From NCBI RefSeq assembly GCF_055900595.2, contig NZ_CM148325.1: 64,000 nt of DNA. One strand, given 5' to 3'. The notes beneath the pieces were generated by a model that was given only the letters and a program-made list of their open reading frames with translations, made no database searches and was not told the origin of the DNA. Positions 1 to 11,156 of this stretch are shown piece by piece. The translations under genes and the position numbers were made by a program. Position 1 is the stretch's first letter, and each line of letters opens with the position of its first letter.

Positions 1-37
1 CTTTTTGTGTGCTGGCATAGGCTATTCGAAGGGGTAG

Positions 38-553
<516 letters not shown>

Positions 554-565
554 TCGGGATTATAG

Positions 566-961
<396 letters not shown>

Positions 962-995
962 TTGGCTTCTGCTCCGGCAGAAAACAATTTGCGAA

Positions 996-1020
996 AAAAC
1001 CCGCTTCGGCGGGTTTTTTT
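996..1020 (+). terminator. Rho-independent terminator of rplM-rpsI
   Basis: GC hairpin aaaacccgcttcggcgggttttttt followed by T-run, directly after rpsI stop. Confidence 0.7.
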
Positions 1021-1353
1021 ATGGCTAAAATCTGAATCAGCGTAAAAAAAGGAATGTTGATTTTTGCTATCGCCTGACAGACAGAAAACAAAAACCACAT
1101 CGCCGATAAGGGACTAAGTCAACCATTTCAGACTAAAGCGCATCTCTTTTTCCCCATTTCCGGCATCGACTCACCACAAAGGTCACAAAATCTGGTAAAC
1201 TATCATCCAATTTTCTGCCCAAATGTCGGGTATTGCTCATTTTTTGTTTGATTTTCGAACAAAGAGAGTCGTTCCTTACTGGGTAACACAACTTCTGACT
1301 GGCCACCTGGTGGCTGGTAGCAGTAAAAATTCTGACTATACCTGGAGGTTTTC

Positions 1354-1992
1354 ATGGCTGTCGCTGCCAACAAACGTTCGGTAATGACGCTGTTTTCCGG
1401 TCCTACTGACATCTATAGCCATCAGGTCCGCATTGTGCTGGCTGAGAAAGGTGTAAGTTTCGAGATCGAACACGTGGAAAAGGACAATCCGCCTCAGGAT
1501 CTGATTGACCTCAACCCGAATCAGAGCGTTCCGACCCTGGTGGATCGTGAGCTGACCCTGTGGGAATCTCGCATCATTATGGAATATCTGGATGAGCGTT
1601 TCCCGCATCCGCCACTGATGCCTGTTTACCCGGTAGCTCGCGGTGAAAGCCGTCTGTACATGCATCGCATCGAAAAAGACTGGTACACGCTGATGAACAC
1701 CATCATCAACGGTTCAGCTTCTGAAGCAGATGCCGCACGTAAGCAACTGCGCGAAGAACTGCTGGCGATTGCGCCGGTCTTCGGTCAGAAGCCGTACTTC
1801 CTGAGCGATGAGTTCAGCCTGGTCGATTGCTACCTTGCTCCGCTGCTGTGGCGTCTGCCGCAACTGGGCATCGAGTTCAGCGGCCCGGGTGCGAAAGAGC
1901 TGAAAGGCTATATGACCCGCGTCTTTGAACGTGACTCTTTCCTTGCTTCTTTAACTGAAGCTGAACGTGAAATGCGTCTGGGCCGGAGTTAA
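1354..1992 (+). CDS. sspA: stringent starvation protein A (GST-fold RNAP-associated protein)
   Basis: 212-aa ORF MAVAANKRSVMTLFSGPTDIYSHQVRIVLAEKGV...; recognised SspA, followed 5 bp later by sspB. Confidence 0.93.
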   Translation: MAVAANKRSVMTLFSGPTDIYSHQVRIVLAEKGVSFEIEHVEKDNPPQDLIDLNPNQSVPTLVDRELTLWESRIIMEYLDERFPHPPLMPVYPVARGESRLYMHRIEKDWYTLMNTIINGSASEADAARKQLREELLAIAPVFGQKPYFLSDEFSLVDCYLAPLLWRLPQLGIEFSGPGAKELKGYMTRVFERDSFLASLTEAEREMRLGRS

Positions 1993-1997
1993 TCTGT

Positions 1998-2495
1998 ATG
2001 GATTTGTCACAGCTAACACCACGTCGTCCCTATCTGCTGCGTGCATTCTATGAGTGGTTGCTGGATAACCAGCTCACGCCGCACCTGGTGGTGGATGTGA
2101 CGCTCCCTGGCGTGCAGGTTCCTATGGAATATGCGCGTGACGGGCAAATCGTACTCAACATTGCGCCGCGTGCTGTCGGCAATCTGGAACTGGCGAATGA
2201 TGAGGTGCGCTTTAACGCGCGCTTTGGTGGCATTCCGCGTCAGGTTTCTGTGCCGCTGGCTGCCGTGCTGGCTATCTACGCCCGTGAAAATGGCGCAGGC
2301 ACGATGTTTGAACCTGAAGCTGCCTACGATGAAGATGCCAGCATCATGAATGATGAAGAGGCATCGGCAGACAACGAAACCGTTATGTCGGTTATTGATG
2401 GCGACAAGCCAGATCACGATGATGACACTCATCCTGACGATGAACCACCGCAGCCACCACGCGGTGGTCGACCGGCATTACGCGTTGTGAAGTAA
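1998..2495 (+). CDS. sspB: ClpXP specificity-enhancing adaptor SspB
   Basis: 165-aa ORF MDLSQLTPRRPYLLRAFYEWLLDNQLTPHLVVD... with acidic C-terminal tail; recognised SspB. Confidence 0.93.
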   Translation: MDLSQLTPRRPYLLRAFYEWLLDNQLTPHLVVDVTLPGVQVPMEYARDGQIVLNIAPRAVGNLELANDEVRFNARFGGIPRQVSVPLAAVLAIYARENGAGTMFEPEAAYDEDASIMNDEEASADNETVMSVIDGDKPDHDDDTHPDDEPPQPPRGGRPALRVVK

Positions 2496-2499
2496 AATG

Positions 2500-2527
2500 A
2501 AAACAGGCCCTGGCGGCCTGTTTTGTC
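2500..2527. terminator. Bidirectional hairpin terminator between convergent sspB and dcuD
   Basis: aacaggccctggcggcctgtttt hairpin with flanking A/T runs between the two stop codons. Confidence 0.6.
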
Positions 2528-2538
2528 TTCTTTATCGC

Positions 2539-3906
2539 TTAATAAAATAGCGTGATTGTGGCAATCATATTCACCACGAAACCGACTGCCATGGGGATCG
2601 CTGTCCGCTTCACCACTGCAAAAGGCGAAACACCTGCAATTCCTGATGTAACGACCACCACCGCAGTAATCGGCGAAACAGCGCGCGCTAGCGTCGTGGC
2701 AAAATGCATCGGCATAATCATTACAACCGCAGGTACATGTAGTCCGGCTGCGATATTCGGAATAAGACTGGCAAATGACATAAATGGCGCATTGCCTGAG
2801 CCCATCACAATGGCACAAATGGCAATGACCAGCGCCATAATAATCATCACGCCAATACCGCCCAGACCAGAATGCTCCGCACCCCTGATAACCGCATCGA
2901 CAGTGCCAATTGTCGTTAAGCCCTTCGCAAATATTTCACCCGCGACCACCAGCGTTACCACGTTGGCAAACTGCGTACCCATGCCGTCAAAAAACGCCTG
3001 CACATCGTCCATTGTTTCGCGCAAATTATGCTTGCGGAAAAACTCAACAAACATCGTCACCGTCAAACTCAGTAACATCACCACCACCAGATGCAGTTCT
3101 GACTGCATCAGTCCAGCGTGGGCGAGGAACAGCGAGCCGAGCATCAGGATTAACGGCATCACCGGTAAAATGGCGTAATAAAGCGGTGGGACATTATCGA
3201 GAGCTTTTTGCTCCGCCTGCTCGTGATTGATATTTTTATCTTTTTTGTCAAAAGCGCGTTGCACGAAAAAGTGAGAGATCGCTACCGAGATAATGACGCA
3301 AGAGGCGACCGGAAGCTGGTAGTGGAAGAAGTAAGTGGCAATTTTCATTCCTGCCACCTGGGCCGCAAAAATAGAGTTCGTTTCCAGAATCCCCCACTCA
3401 ATGGACATCGTGGTTGCGATAACTGCCACCGCAGAGAGTCGACTTACTCCCAGACTCACCAGTGTCGGAAATAAGGTGACCATCAGCAACATACCCAGAC
3501 CGGAGGCGCTGGTAATAAACTGCGCCATGATTTGGCCGATGACGTAAGTTGCCGACAGAATAATATACGGCGAGCGAATGAGTTTTAACGGGCGGCTTAA
3601 CAAGCTCACCATCGCCCGACTGGCTCCTATGCGCTCCATGTAGCGGGCATACCCGCCCACCGCCATAATCGACAACCCTAACCCGGCAATGCGGTTGGAC
3701 AGCATGCGCAGGATTTCATTATAAATATCGACGATCAAGTAGCCGCTGCTTTGGGTGGGATCGAGTACTCCACCGAACCCTAACCAGACACCGCACATCA
3801 TCAGGAAGATACCTGCGGCAGCCAGCACCACTTGAGGTTTGTAGTTTTTCAGGATCAAATAGCCCATCGTCATTAATACGATGACAGATATAATTATGCC
3901 GAACAT
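2539..3906 (-). CDS. dcuD: C4-dicarboxylate transporter DcuD (DcuC family)
   Basis: ORF 2539..3924 minus; polytopic membrane protein; start trimmed to [11 protein letters not shown]... (455 aa) from recall of the DcuD N-terminus; position between sspB and nanR matches E. coli. Confidence 0.85.
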   Translation of the reverse strand: MFGIIISVIVLMTMGYLILKNYKPQVVLAAAGIFLMMCGVWLGFGGVLDPTQSSGYLIVDIYNEILRMLSNRIAGLGLSIMAVGGYARYMERIGASRAMVSLLSRPLKLIRSPYIILSATYVIGQIMAQFITSASGLGMLLMVTLFPTLVSLGVSRLSAVAVIATTMSIEWGILETNSIFAAQVAGMKIATYFFHYQLPVASCVIISVAISHFFVQRAFDKKDKNINHEQAEQKALDNVPPLYYAILPVMPLILMLGSLFLAHAGLMQSELHLVVVMLLSLTVTMFVEFFRKHNLRETMDDVQAFFDGMGTQFANVVTLVVAGEIFAKGLTTIGTVDAVIRGAEHSGLGGIGVMIIMALVIAICAIVMGSGNAPFMSFASLIPNIAAGLHVPAVVMIMPMHFATTLARAVSPITAVVVVTSGIAGVSPFAVVKRTAIPMAVGFVVNMIATITLFY

Positions 3907-4284
3907 TGTTGAACTCCGTGTCAAAAGAAAACGGTCAATCCCATAAACGGCAGATTGAAAACAGTGATGTTATATTTTTTGCAAGGCTATTTATGGTGTT
4001 GGTGTCGTATTTTTTAATTCTGGATGAGGCAATTTTTCATTATAAAATATGCATTTATGATTATTTTGTAAGAACATATTCGTAATATTCATAATGCTTG
4101 TGAATAGTCTTATGAATAATTCATTCAGGATGTTTTATCGGCGTTACACTAATTTTCGCAATAGTTAATTATTACGTTAATTATGATAATAATGAGACAC
4201 AAAGAGAAAAAACCGCCATTTCCCCCTACTTTCAATCCTGTGATAGGATGTCACTGATGATGTTAATCACACTGACCTTACAGA

Positions 4285-5076
4285 ATGGGCCTTATGAACG
4301 CATTTGATTCGCAAACCGAAGATTCTTCACCTGCAATTGGTCGCAACTTGCGTAGCCGCCCGCTGGCGCGTAAGAAACTCTCCGAAATGGTGGAAGAAGA
4401 GCTGGAACAGATGATCCGCCGCCGTGAATTTGGCGAAGGTGAACAATTACCGTCTGAACGCGAACTGATGGCGTTCTTTAACGTCGGGCGTCCTTCTGTG
4501 CGCGAAGCGCTGGCAGCGTTAAAACGCAAAGGTCTGGTGCAAATAAACAACGGCGAACGTGCCCGCGTCTCGCGTCCTTCAGCGGACACCATCATCGGCG
4601 AGCTTTCCGGCATGGCGAAAGATTTCCTTTCTCATCCTGGCGGAATTGCCCATTTCGAACAATTACGTCTGTTCTTTGAATCCAGCCTGGTGCGCTATGC
4701 GGCTGAACACGCCACCGATGAGCAAATCGATTTGCTGGCAAAAGCACTGGAAATCAACAGTCAGTCGCTTGATAACAACGCGGCATTCATTCGTTCAGAC
4801 GTTGATTTCCACCGCGTGCTGGCGGAGATCCCCGGTAACCCAATCTTCATGGCGATCCATGTTGCCCTGCTCGATTGGCTGATCGCCGCGCGCCCAACGG
4901 TAGCTGATCAGGCTCTGCATGAGCATAACAACGTTAGCTATCAACAGCATATTGCGATCGTTGACGCGATCCGTCGTCATGATCCTGACGAAGCCGATCG
5001 CGCGTTGCAATCGCATCTCAACAGCGTCTCTGCTACCTGGCACGCCTTCGGTCAGACCACCAACAAAAAGAAATAA
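4285..5076 (+). CDS. nanR: GntR/FadR-family transcriptional repressor NanR
   Basis: 263-aa ORF with N-terminal winged-HTH region (…[54 protein letters not shown]…); lies immediately upstream of the Nan operator and nan operon. Confidence 0.9.
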   Translation: MGLMNAFDSQTEDSSPAIGRNLRSRPLARKKLSEMVEEELEQMIRRREFGEGEQLPSERELMAFFNVGRPSVREALAALKRKGLVQINNGERARVSRPSADTIIGELSGMAKDFLSHPGGIAHFEQLRLFFESSLVRYAAEHATDEQIDLLAKALEINSQSLDNNAAFIRSDVDFHRVLAEIPGNPIFMAIHVALLDWLIAARPTVADQALHEHNNVSYQQHIAIVDAIRRHDPDEADRALQSHLNSVSATWHAFGQTTNKKK

Positions 5077-5139
5077 TGCCACTTTAGTGAAGCAGATCGC
5101 ATTATAAGCTTTCTGTATGGGGTGTTGCTTAATTGATCT

Positions 5140-5162
5140 GGTATAACAGGTATAAAGGTATA
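5140..5162. promoter_or_regulatory. NanR operator (three direct GGTATA repeats) within the nanA promoter region
   Basis: ggtataacaggtataaaggtata read directly; matches the established Nan box. A GATC Dam site lies just upstream (aattgatctgg). Confidence 0.7.
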
Positions 5163-5176
5163 TCGTTTATCAGACA

Positions 5177-5185
5177 AGCATCACT
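5177..5185. repeat. Left copy of the 9-bp target-site duplication (AGCATCACT) flanking IS10
   Basis: Identical 9-mer agcatcact occurs immediately outside both IS10 termini (5177..5185 and 6515..6523). Confidence 0.9.
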
Positions 5186-5230
5186 CTGATGAATCCCCTA
5201 ATGATTTTGGTAAAAATCATTAAGTTAAGG

Positions 5231-5300
5231 TGGATACACATCTTGTCATATGATCAAATGGTTTCGCCAAAAATCAATAATCAGACAACAAAATGTGCGA
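5231..5300 (-). ncRNA. IS10 RNA-OUT antisense RNA (pOUT transcript), placed from recalled element coordinates
   Basis: Established IS10 architecture: pOUT transcript of about 69 nt starts near element bp 115 and runs toward the outside end, pairing with the 5' end of the transposase mRNA. Coordinates are inferred from element position, not from a visible signal. Confidence 0.4.
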
Positions 5301-6501
5301 ACTCGATATTTTACACGACTCTCTTTACCAATTCTGCCCCGAATTACACTTAAAACGACTCAACAGCTTAACGTTGGCTTGCCACGCCTTACTTGACTGT
5401 AAAACTCTCACTCTTACCGAACTTGGCCGTAACCTGCCAACCAAAGCGAGAACAAAACATAACATCAAACGAATCGACCGATTGTTAGGTAATCGTCACC
5501 TCCACAAAGAGCGACTCGCTGTATACCGTTGGCATGCTAGCTTTATCTGTTCGGGCAATACGATGCCCATTGTACTTGTTGACTGGTCTGATATCCGTGA
5601 GCAAAAACGGCTTATGGTATTGCGAGCTTCAGTCGCACTACACGGTCGTTCTGTTACTCTTTATGAGAAAGCGTTCCCGCTTTCAGAGCAATGTTCAAAG
5701 AAAGCTCATGACCAATTTCTAGCCGACCTTGCGAGCATTCTACCGAGTAACACCACACCGCTCATTGTCAGTGATGCTGGCTTTAAAGTGCCATGGTATA
5801 AATCCGTTGAGAAGCTGGGTTGGTACTGGTTAAGTCGAGTAAGAGGAAAAGTACAATATGCAGACCTAGGAGCGGAAAACTGGAAACCTATCAGCAACTT
5901 ACATGATATGTCATCTAGTCACTCAAAGACTTTAGGCTATAAGAGGCTGACTAAAAGCAATCCAATCTCATGCCAAATTCTATTGTATAAATCTCGCTCT
6001 AAAGGCCGAAAAAATCAGCGCTCGACACGGACTCATTGTCACCACCCGTCACCTAAAATCTACTCAGCGTCGGCAAAGGAGCCATGGATTCTAGCAACTA
6101 ACTTACCTGTTGAAATTCGAACACCCAAACAACTTGTTAATATCTATTCGAAGCGAATGCAGATTGAAGAAACCTTCCGAGACTTGAAAAGTCCTGCCTA
6201 CGGACTAGGCCTACGCCATAGCCGAACGAGCAGCTCAGAGCGTTTTGATATCATGCTGCTAATCGCCCTGATGCTTCAACTAACATGTTGGCTTGCGGGC
6301 GTTCATGCTCAGAAACAAGGTTGGGACAAGCACTTCCAGGCTAACACAGTCAGAAATCGAAACGTACTCTCAACAGTTCGCTTAGGCATGGAAGTTTTGC
6401 GGCATTCTGGCTACACAATAACAAGGGAAGACTCACTCGTGGCTGCAACCCTGCTTACTCAAAATCTATTCACACATGGTTACGTTTTGGGGAAATTATG
6501 A
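5293..6501 (+). CDS. IS10 transposase (DDE, IS4 family), apparently intact
   Basis: Uninterrupted 402-aa [67 protein letters not shown]...; recognised as Tn10/IS10 transposase. Confidence 0.95.
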   Translation: MCELDILHDSLYQFCPELHLKRLNSLTLACHALLDCKTLTLTELGRNLPTKARTKHNIKRIDRLLGNRHLHKERLAVYRWHASFICSGNTMPIVLVDWSDIREQKRLMVLRASVALHGRSVTLYEKAFPLSEQCSKKAHDQFLADLASILPSNTTPLIVSDAGFKVPWYKSVEKLGWYWLSRVRGKVQYADLGAENWKPISNLHDMSSSHSKTLGYKRLTKSNPISCQILLYKSRSKGRKNQRSTRTHCHHPSPKIYSASAKEPWILATNLPVEIRTPKQLVNIYSKRMQIEETFRDLKSPAYGLGLRHSRTSSSERFDIMLLIALMLQLTCWLAGVHAQKQGWDKHFQANTVRNRNVLSTVRLGMEVLRHSGYTITREDSLVAATLLTQNLFTHGYVLGKL

Positions 6502-6514
6502 GGGGATCTCTCAG

Positions 6515-6523
6515 AGCATCACT
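6515..6523. repeat. Right copy of the 9-bp target-site duplication (AGCATCACT) flanking IS10
   Basis: agcatcact immediately after the IS10 inside end; identical to 5177..5185. Confidence 0.9.
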
Positions 6524-6535
6524 TCAGAGGTATTT

Positions 6536-7429
6536 ATGGCAACGAATTTACGTGGCGTAATGGCCGCACTCCTGACTCCTTTTGATCAACAACAAGCACT
6601 GGATAAAGCGAGTCTGCGTCGCCTGGTTCAGTTCAATATTCAGCAGGGCATCGACGGTTTATACGTGGGTGGTTCTACCGGCGAAGCCTTTGTACAAAGC
6701 CTTTCCGAGCGTGAACAGGTACTGGAAATCGTCGCCGAAGAGGCGAAAGGCAAGATTAAACTCATCGCCCACGTCGGTTGCGTCAGCACTGCTGAAAGCC
6801 AACAACTTGCGGCATCGGCTAAACGTTATGGCTTCGATGCCGTCTCCGCTGTCACGCCGTTCTACTATCCTTTCAGCTTTGAAGAACACTGCGATCACTA
6901 TCGGGCAATTATTGATTCGGCGGATGGTTTGCCGATGGTGGTGTACAACATTCCGGCGTTAAGCGGCGTTAAACTGACCCTGGATCAGATTAACACTCTG
7001 GTTAAGTTGCCTGGTGTCGGCGCGCTGAAACAGACCTCTGGCGATCTCTATCAGATGGAGCAGATCCGTCGTGAACATCCGGATCTGGTGCTCTATAACG
7101 GTTACGACGAAATCTTTGCTTCTGGTTTGTTGGCGGGCGCTGATGGTGGTATCGGCAGTACTTACAACATCATGGGCTGGCGTTATCAGGGTATCGTGAA
7201 GGCGCTGAAAGAAGGCGATATCCAGACCGCGCAGAAGCTGCAAACCGAATGTAATAAAGTCATTGATTTACTGATCAAAACGGGCGTATTCCGCGGCCTG
7301 AAAACGGTCCTGCACTATATGGATGTCGTTTCTGTGCCGCTGTGCCGCAAACCGTTTGGTCCGGTCGATGAAAAATATCTGCCAGAACTGAAGGCGCTAG
7401 CCCAGCAGTTGATGCAAGAGCGCGGGTGA
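6536..7429 (+). CDS. nanA: N-acetylneuraminate lyase
   Basis: ORF 6476..7429 trimmed to [20 protein letters not shown]... (297 aa), preceded by SD gagg; DHDPS-family lyase; first gene of the nan operon. Confidence 0.92.
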   Translation: MATNLRGVMAALLTPFDQQQALDKASLRRLVQFNIQQGIDGLYVGGSTGEAFVQSLSEREQVLEIVAEEAKGKIKLIAHVGCVSTAESQQLAASAKRYGFDAVSAVTPFYYPFSFEEHCDHYRAIIDSADGLPMVVYNIPALSGVKLTLDQINTLVKLPGVGALKQTSGDLYQMEQIRREHPDLVLYNGYDEIFASGLLAGADGGIGSTYNIMGWRYQGIVKALKEGDIQTAQKLQTECNKVIDLLIKTGVFRGLKTVLHYMDVVSVPLCRKPFGPVDEKYLPELKALAQQLMQERG

Positions 7430-7537
7430 GTTGTTTCCCCTCGCTCGCCCCTACCGGGTGAGGGGAAATAAACGCATCTGTACCCTACAATTTTTATACC
7501 AAAGCGTGTGGGCATCGCCCACCGCGGGAGACTCACA

Positions 7538-9028
7538 ATGAGTACTACAACCCAGAATATCCCGTGGTATCGCCATCTCAACCGCGCACAATGGCGCGCA
7601 TTTTCCGCTGCCTGGTTGGGATATCTGCTTGACGGTTTTGATTTCGTTTTAATCGCCCTGGTACTCACCGAAGTACAAGGTGAATTCGGGCTGACGACGG
7701 TACAGGCGGCAAGTCTGATCTCCGCAGCCTTTATCTCTCGCTGGTTCGGCGGCCTGATGCTTGGCGCTATGGGCGACCGCTACGGGCGTCGTCTGGCAAT
7801 GGTTACCAGTATCGTTCTCTTCTCGGCCGGGACGCTGGCCTGCGGCTTTGCGCCAGGCTACATCACCATGTTTATTGCTCGTCTGGTCATCGGCATGGGG
7901 ATGGCGGGAGAATACGGCTCCAGCGCCACCTATGTCATTGAAAGCTGGCCAAAACATCTGCGTAACAAAGCCAGTGGCTTTCTGATTTCCGGCTTCTCGG
8001 TGGGTGCCGTCGTTGCCGCTCAGGTCTACAGCCTGGTGGTTCCGGTCTGGGGCTGGCGAGCGCTGTTCTTTATCGGCATTTTGCCAATCATCTTTGCTCT
8101 CTGGCTGCGTAAAAACATTCCGGAAGCGGAAGACTGGAAAGAGAAACACGCAGGTAAAGCACCAGTACGCACGATGGTAGACATTCTTTACCGTGGTGAA
8201 CATCGCATTGCCAATATCGTAATGACGCTGGCGGCGGCCACTGCGCTGTGGTTCTGCTTCGCTGGTAACCTGCAAAATGCCGCAATCGTCGCTGTTCTCG
8301 GGCTGTTATGTGCCGCAATCTTTATCAGCTTTATGGTTCAGAGTACGGGCAAACGCTGGCCAACGGGCGTAATGCTGATGGTGGTTGTGTTATTTGCTTT
8401 CCTCTACTCATGGCCGATTCAGGCACTGCTGCCAACGTATCTGAAAACCGATCTTGCTTATGACCCGCATACTGTCGCCAATGTGCTGTTCTTTAGTGGC
8501 TTTGGGGCGGCTGTGGGTTGCTGTGTCGGCGGCTTCCTCGGTGACTGGCTGGGAACCCGCAAAGCGTACGTTTGTAGCCTGCTGGCCTCGCAACTGCTGA
8601 TTATTCCGGTATTTGCGATTGGTGGCGCAAACGTCTGGGTGCTCGGTTTGTTACTGTTCTTCCAGCAAATGCTTGGACAAGGGATCGCCGGGATCTTACC
8701 GAAACTGATTGGCGGTTATTTCGATACCGACCAGCGTGCAGCGGGCCTGGGCTTTACCTACAACGTTGGCGCATTGGGCGGCGCACTGGCCCCAATCCTC
8801 GGCGCGTTGATCGCTCAACGTCTGGATCTGGGTACTGCGCTGGCATCGCTTTCGTTTAGCCTGACGTTCGTGGTGATCCTGCTGATTGGGCTGGATATGC
8901 CTTCTCGCGTTCAGCGTTGGTTGCGCCCGGAAGCGTTGCGTACTCATGACGCTATCGACGGCAAACCATTTAGCGGTGCCGTGCCGTTTGGCAGCGCTAA
9001 AAACGATTTAGTCAAAACCAAAAGTTAA
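7538..9028 (+). CDS. nanT: sialic acid transporter NanT (MFS)
   Basis: ORF 7508..9028 trimmed to [19 protein letters not shown]... (496 aa); polytopic MFS membrane protein following nanA. Confidence 0.92.
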
Positions 9029-9074
9029 TCCTGTTGCCCGGTCTTCTACCGGGCCTTTCGCTAAGGGAAGATGT

Positions 9075-9760
9075 ATGTCGTTACTTGCACAACTGGATCA
9101 AAAAATCGCTGCTAACGGTGGCCTGATTGTCTCCTGCCAGCCGGTTCCGGACAGCCCACTCGATAAACCTGAAATCGTCGCCGCCATGGCATTAGCGGCA
9201 GAGCAGGCGGGAGCGGTTGCCATTCGTATTGAAGGTGTGGCAAATCTGCAAGCCACGCGTGCGGTGGTGAGCGTGCCAATTATCGGGATTGTCAAACGCG
9301 ATCTGGAGGATTCTCCGGTACGCATCACGGCATATATTGAAGATGTCGATGCGCTGGCGCAGGCAGGCGCGGATATCATCGCGATTGACGGCACCGACCG
9401 ACCGCGTCCGGTGCCTGTTGAAACGCTACTGGCACGTATCCACCATCACGGTTTACTGGCGATGACCGACTGCTCAACGCCGGAAGACGGCCTGGCATGC
9501 CAAAAGCTGGGAGCCGAAATTATTGGCACTACGCTTTCTGGCTATACCACACCTGAAACGCCAGAAGAGCCGGATCTGGCGCTGGTGAAAACGTTGAGCG
9601 ACGCCGGATGTCGGGTGATTGCCGAAGGGCGTTACAACACGCCTGCTCAGGCGGCGGATGCGATGCGCCACGGCGCATGGGCGGTGACGGTCGGTTCTGC
9701 TATCACACGTCTTGAACACATTTGCCAGTGGTACAACACAGCGATGAAAAAGGCGGTGCT

Positions 9761-9764
<4 letters not shown>
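9075..9764 (+). CDS. nanE: N-acetylmannosamine-6-phosphate 2-epimerase
   Basis: 229-aa [38 protein letters not shown]...; recognised NanE. Confidence 0.92.
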
Positions 9765-11097
<1,333 letters not shown>

Positions 11098-11116
11098 AAC
11101 TTAGTTCGTTTTAAAG

Positions 11117-11141
11117 ATTCTGCAGACACTGTCTGCAGAAT
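11117..11141. repeat. Perfect 11-bp-arm palindrome (attctgcagac-act-gtctgcagaat), fourth member of the yhcG palindrome family
   Basis: Read directly: perfect inverted repeat with 3-nt spacer between the yhcH stop and the yhcG stop; core cagacNNNgtctg shared with three palindromes inside yhcG. Confidence 0.75.
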
Positions 11142-11156
11142 TCGAAACCGCTGAAA

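Larger units (their letters stand above)
5186..6514 (+). mobile_element. IS10 insertion sequence (IS4 family), complete, 1329 bp, outside end at left
   Basis: Left terminus ctgatgaatcccctaatgattttggtaaaaatcattaag and right terminus ggggaaattatgaggggatctctcag are the IS10 outside and inside ends (near-perfect inverted repeats); length 1329 bp; transposase ATG at element bp 108; GATC sites in the pIN -10 region (5252) and inside end (6505); flanked by 9-bp direct repeats. Confidence 0.93.

Noticed and set aside
2552-3547. Plus-strand ORFs of 208, 106, 88 and 70 aa inside dcuD
   Set aside because: They are entirely antisense to the dcuD membrane-protein gene, have Ala/Thr/Ser-rich low-complexity translations and no start context; treated as frame artefacts.
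5186-6514. Possibility that the IS10 is one arm of a composite Tn10 carrying tetracycline resistance
   Set aside because: Only one IS10 copy is present in 64 kb, it is flanked by its own 9-bp target duplication, and no tetA/tetR-like ORFs are present.
7430-7500. GC-rich hairpins between nanA and nanT (cccctcgctcgcccctaccgggtgagggg)
   Set aside because: Not a REP by consensus; most simply an intra-operon stem-loop or attenuator within the nan transcript, too short to support an sRNA call.
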